22,139 nucleotides of DNA from an uncultured archaeon. Its GTDB lineage: Archaea; Asgardarchaeota; Lokiarchaeia; Sigyniarchaeales; Promethearchaeaceae. Positions within the stretch are counted from its first letter, which is position 1; the number at the start of each line of letters is the position of its first letter. Made by a program: the position numbers and the translations under genes. The notes beneath the pieces were generated by a model. It made no database searches. It was given only the letters and a program-made list of their open reading frames with translations, and had not been told where the DNA came from. The DNA lies in the NCBI GenBank assembly GCA_964426185.1, contig CAYRPF010000055.1, positions 1 through 22,139 on the forward strand, read 5' to 3'. Shown in pieces: positions 8,226-16,479 of the stretch.

Positions 8226-9581
8226 ATGAATGAAAGAAAAATATCACAATTAAGAACTTACATAATTTCTCACAAATATCAAGCAGCCTCAATTCTCATC
8301 ATAGTAAGTTTTTTAGGTAGTTTCGTTTACGGATATTTAGATCAATATTCACTCAATGACCCAAATTGGAATTATCCCGAGAATGCTCAAGAATTAACAG
8401 TAAAAAACGCCGCCGAGTGGGCCAGTGATTGGTTCATCAGGACTGTGCGCTCAGATGGATCGTATAGGTATATATACTATCTAGACCGTGATACATACAG
8501 TTCTTCATATAACTATCTACGCCACTGGGGTTCTTCATACTCCATGATTTACTATTATGAATTCAATCCTTACCCAAAATTACTGCAAACTGTTCGAAAA
8601 ACGATTGATTGGGGTTTGAAATACTTTACCACAATGGAAAATGATAAGAATATTGGATATTTCTTTTATCAATACTCTTCTTCTTCAGGTGGCCCCGCAT
8701 TGGCACTTATGGCCATGACCAAATATCGTGAATTAACTAATGACCCAAGATATGATAATTACATTACCAAATTGGCTAATTTTCTTTTATGGATGCAGGA
8801 GCCGAGTGGAAAGATTCGTTCAATGTATATTACAAATGGAATTCCAGGTGGAGAAGATAATCCATTTTACCCTTCCGAGAGCCTACTTGGACTAACACTG
8901 GTTTACAAATTGACGGGAGAAGCAAAATACCTTACTGCTTTGGAAAAAGCCTATAAATATTATCGAAATAGGGATAATTTTGATTATTTAGCTTCAGCAA
9001 ATACCCCTTTTATCCCATGGAGCACTTCAGCCTTTTCTGAACTTTACTTGCTGACTGGAAACTACTCCTATGCCGATTTTGCCTTTGAAATGATTGATCA
9101 TCGCTTAAAGAGTCAAGTCACCAACACTAATTACTATGATCAATTTGGACATAGCTTGTTAGGATGTATCAGTAAAAGTGTGGCAGTTTCATCCACGTTA
9201 GAAGGTTTGGGAGATTGTTATGCGGCTGCAGTTGAGGCAAATGATTCTCAGAGAATGAATGATTATGAATACCGAATGCGAATAGGAATGGAATGGGTCC
9301 TTACCCTACAAATGCGTTATGCTGAATGCGAAGCAATGAATTTAACCCATCCGGAACGTGCATTTGGAGGGTTTCGACATAGTTTCGAGTATTCTGATAA
9401 TATGACAATGCGTAATGATTATACTCAACATACTATTAGTGCCCTCACAAAATACTTGAAATATTTTCCTGCTTCAATTATAAATGCCACAGAATTTCGG
9501 GTTCCAATTAATCCCAATTCAGCCAATTCTGAAAGAAATACTAATTATATTGATTCTACAATTTCTGCCTCAACCAATTAA
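8226..9581 (+). CDS. Membrane-anchored, probably extracellular alpha/alpha-toroid protein (six-hairpin glycosidase / terpene-cyclase-like fold), function unknown
   Basis: One N-terminal TM helix (AASILIIVSFLGSFVYGYL); helical repeats such as LANFLLWMQEPSG and MEWVLTLQ; motifs DGSYRY, YNYLRH, FYPSESLLGL, RNDYTQH; five N-x-S/T sequons. ATG at 8226 is preferred over TTG at 8217. Confidence 0.6.
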   Translation: MNERKISQLRTYIISHKYQAASILIIVSFLGSFVYGYLDQYSLNDPNWNYPENAQELTVKNAAEWASDWFIRTVRSDGSYRYIYYLDRDTYSSSYNYLRHWGSSYSMIYYYEFNPYPKLLQTVRKTIDWGLKYFTTMENDKNIGYFFYQYSSSSGGPALALMAMTKYRELTNDPRYDNYITKLANFLLWMQEPSGKIRSMYITNGIPGGEDNPFYPSESLLGLTLVYKLTGEAKYLTALEKAYKYYRNRDNFDYLASANTPFIPWSTSAFSELYLLTGNYSYADFAFEMIDHRLKSQVTNTNYYDQFGHSLLGCISKSVAVSSTLEGLGDCYAAAVEANDSQRMNDYEYRMRIGMEWVLTLQMRYAECEAMNLTHPERAFGGFRHSFEYSDNMTMRNDYTQHTISALTKYLKYFPASIINATEFRVPINPNSANSERNTNYIDSTISASTN

Positions 9582-9623
9582 TATTAGTTGTAAAATTTTT
9601 TACTTCTTTTTACTTCTTTATCC

Positions 9624-9764
9624 ATGCTTATGCCATCTTTAGGTGAAATTTTAAAGCAGGTTCAAAAAAACCAAATCTCATTAGAAATGGTATATATCGA
9701 TAAAAGTTTTGGAGCGGCTGCTTATTCCAGTTTAATTTTGAATCAGATTTGCCAAAATGATTAA
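9624..9764 (+). pseudogene. 46-codon ORF resembling the N- and C-terminal ends of LarB joined by an internal deletion
   Basis: Translates as MLMPSLGEILKQVQKNQISLEMVYIDKSFGAAAYSSLILNQICQND. VYIDKSFGAAA..SLI resembles the LarB C-terminal signature VNIDNGFGAA. Too short for the ORF track. Confidence 0.5.
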
Positions 9765-9956
9765 AAATGGCTATTTTTAAAATTCCTATTGTTCTATAGA
9801 AAAAAACGAAGATTTTATTTCTATCGACAAATATGTAAATGATTCTTAATTTTTTCCAAAATTTGAAAATTTTTGACCTCTGCAAGTATCCAAATTAATA
9901 TATCTCATTTCATTTGGATCATAGATTTTAAATTCATATAAGATCAAGATAATATT

Positions 9957-10751
9957 ATGCTCATTCAAACCACAGAATTTGCAGCTATCCAAAGTTTAAT
10001 AATTGGCGGAATTATAATATTGCTCTTTAGTGGAATTAGCATATTATTGCTAAAAAGAAATCTAAATCGATTATCAATATCTTTGTCACTTTATTTTATC
10101 TTCTCTGCATTTGGATTATTGGTAAATTTTCTTTATCGATTATTGGAATTGTTAGATGTATTGCAATTTTCTAATCCCAATCATGTTACGATTTTTTCCA
10201 TTCTCAATCTGACAACGCTGTATTTTACCACAATTGCGGGAGTGCACTTGCTGAATTTTAATTTAATTTTGGTGTATTCCAGCAAAATTTTCAGTAGAAA
10301 GAAGCAGATTGTTACCTCAGTTCTTTATGGAATTATACTTTTAGGGATTTTTGTATTTGGATTTCTATCTTTCGATATTGGTGGGGAGCAAGTTCAAGGA
10401 ATTTCCTGGAATGTTCATCCATCTCCTTCTCAATCCTCCATAGTTCCATATTATAATATCTATTTGGGGCTGTATTTCTTATTAACATCCCAAATTGTTT
10501 TCTTGGTTATAATCTATTTTTCCATTATCATCACCAAAAAAATGGGAAAAAACAAATACAGTAAGAAATACATACGCAATATCATCGGAATTTTACTATT
10601 TGACCTACAAATTATTGGTGCTTTCATTGCAAATACATTTGGAAGTTCTGTTCTAGCCAGAAATATTGGTTTGTGGTTTCAAATAATATTTACCATCCCA
10701 GGTGCGCTTTTCCTTGCATTTGGTCTACGAAAAGAACCTGAAAATGCATAA
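9957..10751 (+). CDS. Stand-alone seven-transmembrane protein (HisKA_7TM-like topology), no output domain
   Basis: Seven hydrophobic segments of about 20-29 aa; Lys/Arg-rich loops after TM1, TM3, TM5 and TM7 imply N-out/C-in; long outer loop between TM4 and TM5. Confidence 0.7.
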   Translation: MLIQTTEFAAIQSLIIGGIIILLFSGISILLLKRNLNRLSISLSLYFIFSAFGLLVNFLYRLLELLDVLQFSNPNHVTIFSILNLTTLYFTTIAGVHLLNFNLILVYSSKIFSRKKQIVTSVLYGIILLGIFVFGFLSFDIGGEQVQGISWNVHPSPSQSSIVPYYNIYLGLYFLLTSQIVFLVIIYFSIIITKKMGKNKYSKKYIRNIIGILLFDLQIIGAFIANTFGSSVLARNIGLWFQIIFTIPGALFLAFGLRKEPENA

Positions 10752-10918
10752 TTTATTAATTTTTTTTCCAATTTTTATAGAGAATATCTTTCACTTCTTT
10801 TTCAATTTCCACTCTTAATATAAGTTTTTACTTTTTTCTCATGTGAAGAAAGAGAAATATTCCTACAAATATTATCAAAGTAAAATTTTAAAAATCCTTT
10901 AACATTAAACCAAAAATA

Positions 10919-12217
10919 ATGAAGAAATGGTCCGTTGAAGCACTACATCAAATAAGAAAAGAAGAACAAAAGAATCTACAAATTATTGACGTAATTGACG
11001 GTCATGCATATGATTATAAATCAATTTTCAGCAGTGAAGAAGAAGCATTAGAACATATAAGGAGAGATATAGATAAATTAATAACCGATACATATGATTT
11101 CTTTCCCGGAGTTATTCATTTTGATTCAAACATGATTTTATGTGTTTTTTACCATAAAAAGAAAAAAGATATCATCGGAACTATCGCTCTTTCAATTTTT
11201 TCTGAAAAACAAGTGGATTTTATAGAATTAGGTTTATCGCTAATCGCTAAAAAATATCGAAAGATGGGATTTCAATCGGTGGAAGCGCGCCGTATTCGTG
11301 AATTTGCATACTATTTTCTCAAACAAGGAAATCCATTTTATTTATCGGCCCGGATGGCTTCAGCAGCGACTCAACTTCAAGTTCAAAGGGGTGTAATGCC
11401 TAATGCACATGGGAAAATCGTAAATGTTGCCTACCCAAAAGGGTTTCTTTCCCACTACATTGCCAATAAGGATCCTAAAGGAAATTTTTTGCTCGAATTT
11501 GGATTATTCTATGATGCTTGGCCGACACTTGATCAAATAATTCAGAAAATAGTTCACCTTCCTAAAATCGCACAGATTAAAGGATTTCATATCTTTCAAA
11601 CTGATTTTCGTCAAGATATCGAGCCATTATATCATGATATCGTCATCAAAGATAATCAATACATAAAATATGGCGCAACTCAATATAATTGGACTGTGTT
11701 GAAACCTTATTTGAAATTATTTGGCGATTTTAAATCATTAAAAACCCTACATAGTTCAAAAAATATCAAATTTTTGTATTCTGAACTAGCTGCGCCTGAT
11801 CAAAACAATTTGGCGATTGCAATTGAATCGATAGAATCATTGGATTTTATAGATGATTTTTCAGAAAAGATGAAATCTATTAATTTTACATTGCAAGTTT
11901 CGAATTTTCAAAAAGAAGAAGAAATGGTGGCTAATTTAGCAGTAATGGATATTCTGATTGAAAACAACTTCGCTCCAATCTGCGTTTATGATATCCTTTA
12001 TCGAAAGGAGCGGATCCGGATAGCACTGTTTTCACGTTGGCAGAACATCGTTCTTCAGCCCTATTTCGAATTTTTGCATCATTATCATTCGGTCTTCAAG
12101 ATTTTCTGGCATGATTGCAATGTGCAGGGATTAACATGGGATCCGAAGATAGAAGTATTAGATAAGGAGAAAATTGAGGGAAGAATTCTGGTGGAAAAAT
12201 TTAAGACCATTCTTTAA
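10919..12217 (+). CDS. Hypothetical protein with a divergent GNAT-like acyltransferase domain
   Basis: 432-aa ORF; FIELGLSLIAKKYRKMGFQ resembles GNAT motif A. The remainder is not recognised. Confidence 0.5.
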   Translation: MKKWSVEALHQIRKEEQKNLQIIDVIDGHAYDYKSIFSSEEEALEHIRRDIDKLITDTYDFFPGVIHFDSNMILCVFYHKKKKDIIGTIALSIFSEKQVDFIELGLSLIAKKYRKMGFQSVEARRIREFAYYFLKQGNPFYLSARMASAATQLQVQRGVMPNAHGKIVNVAYPKGFLSHYIANKDPKGNFLLEFGLFYDAWPTLDQIIQKIVHLPKIAQIKGFHIFQTDFRQDIEPLYHDIVIKDNQYIKYGATQYNWTVLKPYLKLFGDFKSLKTLHSSKNIKFLYSELAAPDQNNLAIAIESIESLDFIDDFSEKMKSINFTLQVSNFQKEEEMVANLAVMDILIENNFAPICVYDILYRKERIRIALFSRWQNIVLQPYFEFLHHYHSVFKIFWHDCNVQGLTWDPKIEVLDKEKIEGRILVEKFKTIL

Positions 12218-12272
12218 TCGCAGCTAATTTAAATGTGATCAAGTTTGATCAAGAAAAAATAATCACCATTCT

Positions 12273-12725
12273 TTAGTAAAGCGCTTTAAAACGATCTTCT
12301 AATTTTAAAGCAAGATCAGCGAAAGTTTCTTCCATCCGTTTCTCGAATTTTTTGAATTTTTTGATTTTCATGCTCCGAATATCAAAATTACTATATCGAT
12401 TTAGGAATTGATCCAAACTATTATTCATGGCGCTAATTACAGGTTTCTCTTTAGTATCTTTTTCGATGATACTGAAAATTACTATTAGAGAATCTTCTGA
12501 AGACAGTTCACCAGTAGGGGTTAATTTGCGTGATACCATTAAGATGGGATAATTTCCAATTATAAATCTATTTAATTCATCGTGAAATGTTTGATTGACA
12601 AATTCAAGGATCCCATTAAAGAGATCTCCCACCATCTCTTCAGATATGAACCCTTCTTCGGGATAAAATTTCTTTTCAACCAAGATTTTTCCCTTATATA
12701 TAATTCCAGATACTAAAATGCCCAT
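12273..12725 (-). CDS. Longin-like (profilin-like fold) domain protein, Asgard eukaryotic-signature type
   Basis: Pattern of beta-beta (GIIYKGKILVEKKF), helix (MVGDLFNGILEFVNQTF), three strands (LNRFIIGNYPILMV...IVIFSII) and helices ending QFLNRY...FKKFEKRM. Confidence 0.6.
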   Translation of the reverse strand: MGILVSGIIYKGKILVEKKFYPEEGFISEEMVGDLFNGILEFVNQTFHDELNRFIIGNYPILMVSRKLTPTGELSSEDSLIVIFSIIEKDTKEKPVISAMNNSLDQFLNRYSNFDIRSMKIKKFKKFEKRMEETFADLALKLEDRFKALY

Positions 12726-12876
12726 AGAATATCTACTAATTGTTTTGTTGGGAAATATAATAAAGATAATGGAATTCTTATTTTATTCTGATACAACATT
12801 AATGTTATTTACATGGTGAAATTTATGATAAATGGGAAAGAGAAAAAAGAGTGAATAGATTATTTTTAAAGCGAAA

Positions 12877-13884
12877 TTATACAGATGCAATTAGAGTCGG
12901 ATCAACAAACCAGTCAATAAAACTTGAAATTGTTGCACCACTCGGAATATTTGGTGAATCTAAACTAATAAGATCATTTAAATCAACCATTTCTTGCACG
13001 AATAATTCCATTTGGGCAATATCCATCTGATATACATATCCAATATTTGCCATGGCAAGTTCAGCTTGTTCTTCAGAAAGATTCATCTTTTCGACGGCAA
13101 TTTGCTTGGCTTCATCCCAATGTGTCCATATCCATTCAGTTGCTTCCTTATGAACCTTCAATATTTTCAAAGTGATCTCAGAATTAGATTGTAAGAAAGA
13201 ATTATGTGCCGCAATAATGCAACAGGGATGATTTGGCCATACTTCACTACTAAGGTAAAGATATTTTCCAATATTATATTCTAAACCTTTAACGCAATAT
13301 GGTTCCCATGCAACGTAGCCATCAATTGAACCCGCTTGCAGGGCTAAAACCATATCAGACGGAGACATTCCTTCAGTTAAAGTAATGTCATCATATGTTA
13401 AACCAGAATTGTTTAATATCATGCTAAGAATGAAATCTTGCATATTATGCCTTGATGGAACCGCAATATTCAAACCTTTCAAATCTACTCCCGAAGTTAT
13501 CGCAGGGTCGTTTTTCACAATTAGTGCAGAGCCATTTACATTAACTCCGGCTAAAACTGTTATGTTGGCAGCTTGATTTGTAAACCGATGAAACAGAGCA
13601 GGCGCAAATCCAAAATAAGCTAAATCTATACCGCGATTGGCTGCTTCAAAAGCGGTCATTACTGCACCACCGTTTTCAAAAGCGACGCTTTCAATACTCA
13701 ACCCTTCTTGCGTATATAATCCCTGTTCACGGGCAATAAAGAAAGCTAATTGATGAAGATCACCTTCTAGATAGCCGATACTAACATCTCGTGAACCTTC
13801 ATTAAGGTAATAGATGCCAATTCCTAATCCAGCAACAACTATAATACCTAGCAAGCTAAATGCCAAAGATTTTCGTGAGATCAT
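12877..13884 (-). CDS. ABC transporter substrate-binding protein, SsuA/TauA/NrtA (NMT1-like) family
   Basis: True start taken as ATG 13884 (MISRKSLAF plus TM anchor, GGAG upstream); IGYLEGDLHQLA, FENGGAV, GSIDGYVAWEPY, WPNHPCC; 335 aa. Confidence 0.9.
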   Translation of the reverse strand: MISRKSLAFSLLGIIVVAGLGIGIYYLNEGSRDVSIGYLEGDLHQLAFFIAREQGLYTQEGLSIESVAFENGGAVMTAFEAANRGIDLAYFGFAPALFHRFTNQAANITVLAGVNVNGSALIVKNDPAITSGVDLKGLNIAVPSRHNMQDFILSMILNNSGLTYDDITLTEGMSPSDMVLALQAGSIDGYVAWEPYCVKGLEYNIGKYLYLSSEVWPNHPCCIIAAHNSFLQSNSEITLKILKVHKEATEWIWTHWDEAKQIAVEKMNLSEEQAELAMANIGYVYQMDIAQMELFVQEMVDLNDLISLDSPNIPSGATISSFIDWFVDPTLIASV

Positions 13885-14056
13885 AATGATTTTTCTCCAT
13901 ACAATAGATAGTAAGTATCTTAAATATCTTGAAACAATATCCATATTTGAACCATTGTGTTCACGGATCATCATAAATTCCAAAAGTGTTATATACTCAT
14001 GTCGGTTTATAGAATTTAGTTCTGAATAAGTTAAGATAACCTTAGTGTGACTGCCA

Positions 14057-14686
14057 ATGAAACCCATCGAAATAATAAATTCAAAACCAAAAAAGCACTT
14101 GCACACGACGGTCTCTCCAAATACATATAAAACTCTTAAAAAATTGGCGATTACATACGGATCAATTTCCAACGTTATCGAAGAAGCGCTTAAACTATTA
14201 AAGATCCGGGTACATATGCTTGATAATTTGAAGAAAAGTGAACTTGATGAATACCAGCTCTGGCATTTAATGCGGACCGATTTCAATATGCTGGCAGTCG
14301 GTCGTACTACTTTTCTCTCATACATCGATAAAATCCCCACGGAACCACAGGAAAATAATAATTGTGTTGAATTGATTGAGTGGTTTTATGACAATCGCCC
14401 TATTAACCGCCTCACACTGTATGAGATATTAACCGCCATTAAACAGATTTGGATTGCGGGAAATTATTTCTGGAAGATACAAGTCAAAGCTCAAGATGAA
14501 AAATCCCAAAATGAATTTTACGCTAAGAAATTCGAAATGAGCTTTTTTTATCATTTTAGCGAGAAAACTTATGGGGTTTACTGGAGCGAATATTTCAAAA
14601 CAGTGCTGGCTAAACCGCCGCTAAATTGTAAATGTGATATTACATTACGAAACGAGAGTTTTTACATGGTGATAGAGCAAACATGA
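14057..14686 (+). CDS. Putative transcription regulator: N-terminal ribbon-helix-helix plus a C-terminal alpha/beta (possibly V4R-like) domain
   Basis: KKHLHTTVS (ribbon), PNTYKTLKKLA, YGSISNVIEEALKLL. Overlaps the permease start (ATGA) and is divergent from the binding-protein gene. Confidence 0.6.
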   Translation: MKPIEIINSKPKKHLHTTVSPNTYKTLKKLAITYGSISNVIEEALKLLKIRVHMLDNLKKSELDEYQLWHLMRTDFNMLAVGRTTFLSYIDKIPTEPQENNNCVELIEWFYDNRPINRLTLYEILTAIKQIWIAGNYFWKIQVKAQDEKSQNEFYAKKFEMSFFYHFSEKTYGVYWSEYFKTVLAKPPLNCKCDITLRNESFYMVIEQT

Positions 14687-15546
14687 AGAAACAATCCAGC
14701 AAAATATCTGGAAATCGGACCAATAATAAATTCAATAAATTAACCAGCAAATTTACCACTAAAACGCTGCAGACAGTCTTTTACTACATAATCGGATTTA
14801 GTTTGTTTATCGCAGCATGGTATTTATTCGTCTGGTTGCTAGAAATCATATCAAATACACCCCAAGTCGTCCCCTACCCCCATGAAGCCTTTCGCGCCTT
14901 TTTCCTCCTACAGTATACCCCTATTGATGGTGTGACACTCCCAGCACATGCTTTGGCCAGTTTCTTTCGTGTTTTGATGGGAATTTTTTATGCATGGTTA
15001 GTGGCGTTACCACTGGGCATTTTATTGGCTCTTTTTGAAAAAATTGATCGAATAATTAGCCCCATTATCGAAATAATTCGACCAATTCCTCCAATCGCGT
15101 GGATACCATTTGCAATTATTACACTCGGCTTAACCACAACCTCAAATGCCTTTATTATTTTTATCGGGGCATTTTTTCCACTTTTTCAAAATACATATGA
15201 TGGTGTGCGTCAGAGCAATAAAGTGTATCAAGATGTAGCCAGATCGCTGGGGGCACGAAAAATACAAGTTATTTGGCGCGTAGTATTACCATCTGCAGCA
15301 CCGAATATCTATACGGGTTTTAAAGTCGCAGTAGGCATTGGATGGATGTGTGTTATAGCCGCTGAGATGATGGGAATATCTGGGGCAGGTATTGGATACT
15401 TCATCAATTATATGAAAAATATCGGATATTATTCTAACATGGTAGCGGGAATGCTGATGATCGCGGTGGTAGGGTTGCTAATTAACGGAATATTCTTGAT
15501 AATTGAAAAATACGCACTCTCTTGGAAATATAACTCTAATCGATAA
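14683..15546 (+). CDS. ABC transporter permease, SsuC/TauC/NrtB family
   Basis: RPIPPIAWIP, EAA loop DVARSLGA...VVLPSAAP, WMCVIAAEM..GIG; multiple TM helices. Confidence 0.93.
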   Translation: MKKQSSKISGNRTNNKFNKLTSKFTTKTLQTVFYYIIGFSLFIAAWYLFVWLLEIISNTPQVVPYPHEAFRAFFLLQYTPIDGVTLPAHALASFFRVLMGIFYAWLVALPLGILLALFEKIDRIISPIIEIIRPIPPIAWIPFAIITLGLTTTSNAFIIFIGAFFPLFQNTYDGVRQSNKVYQDVARSLGARKIQVIWRVVLPSAAPNIYTGFKVAVGIGWMCVIAAEMMGISGAGIGYFINYMKNIGYYSNMVAGMLMIAVVGLLINGIFLIIEKYALSWKYNSNR

Positions 15547-15593
15547 ATTTTCTTAGTATTTTTTCTCAGCAAACAAAAAATTGGTGAAAATAA

Positions 15594-16397
15594 ATGTTCT
15601 CTGTTAAGATTCAATCAAAATCCTTCCCAAATCCTGAAAATTCACAGATTGAGGTGTTAAAAAATTTAGATTTTACCATCCACGATCATGATTTTTTAAC
15701 AATCATCGGGCCAAGTGGATGTGGAAAAACTACACTTTTACGTATAATTGCAGGATTCGATAAAAACTTCCAAGGCAATATTACCTATATTCCTTCAGCC
15801 GAAAGTTATGCCAATAATGTTAATCCCAAAGTAGGGACAGTTCCTTCCTCGTTTGAGCCGTTAGGACAGGTAGGTTATATCCCCCAAGATTTCTCTCTGT
15901 TTCCTTGGCTTACCGTCGAAGAAAACATTCGGTTTGGACTCAAAATCAATAAAATTCCGAAAAAGGAACAAGATCTCATCGTAGATCGATTACTAAAACT
16001 GGTAAGGATGGAAAACTATCGTGATTATTTACCAAAGGAAATATCTGGAGGGATGCAGCAAAAAATCGCAATTTGTCGGGCAATTGCCATTAATCCTATC
16101 AGTAATTTAATTGTCATGGATGAACCATTCTCTGCTTTGGATGCTCAAACCAGAAATTCGCTCCAGACCGATCTTCTTGATATTTGGAAGAAACAGAACC
16201 TTACTATCATTTTTGTTACACACAACATCGATGAAGCTACATTTCTCAGCCAGCGCGTTTTAGTTTTAAGCGAATTACCCGCTAGAATGGTAAAAATGTT
16301 CTCAATTAATCTCCCACATCCACGAGATCGAACCAATTTTGAATTTAATAGCATACGCAGAGATTTATTGGGTTATCTGAAAATTATCGATAGATAG
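15594..16397 (+). CDS. ABC transporter ATP-binding protein, SsuB/TauB/NrtD family
   Basis: Walker A GPSGCGKT, Q-loop PQDFSLFPW, signature ISGGMQQK, Walker B IVMDEPFSALD, VTH; SD-like GGTGA at 15583-15587. Confidence 0.95.
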   Translation: MFSVKIQSKSFPNPENSQIEVLKNLDFTIHDHDFLTIIGPSGCGKTTLLRIIAGFDKNFQGNITYIPSAESYANNVNPKVGTVPSSFEPLGQVGYIPQDFSLFPWLTVEENIRFGLKINKIPKKEQDLIVDRLLKLVRMENYRDYLPKEISGGMQQKIAICRAIAINPISNLIVMDEPFSALDAQTRNSLQTDLLDIWKKQNLTIIFVTHNIDEATFLSQRVLVLSELPARMVKMFSINLPHPRDRTNFEFNSIRRDLLGYLKIIDR

Positions 16398-16479
16398 CTG
16401 TATTTTATCATTGCATTGAAAATTTCACGGTTATTTTCTAATTGATTAAGGATTATATAGTTGTTTTCTCTTTAATGAA

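Noticed and set aside
9628-9885. 85-aa minus-strand ORF
   Set aside because: Non-ATG start, F/K/I-rich composition typical of AT-rich non-coding DNA, and antisense to the larB-like remnant.
9957-10751. Microbial rhodopsin or schizorhodopsin
   Set aside because: No retinal-binding Lys in TM7 and no RYxDW-like helix C motif.
12236-12251. Inverted repeat TGATCAA-GT-TTGATCA between convergent genes
   Set aside because: Could aid termination, but the 2-nt loop and short arms give too little support.
13885-14340. 152-aa N-terminal extension of the 487-aa binding-protein ORF
   Set aside because: It runs antisense through the regulator gene and the divergent promoter region; ATG 13884 gives a normal TM anchor and family-typical length.
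14684-14686. TGA stop as possible selenocysteine codon
   Set aside because: It is part of an ATGA stop/start overlap with the permease; no redox motif context or SECIS-like hairpin was recognised.
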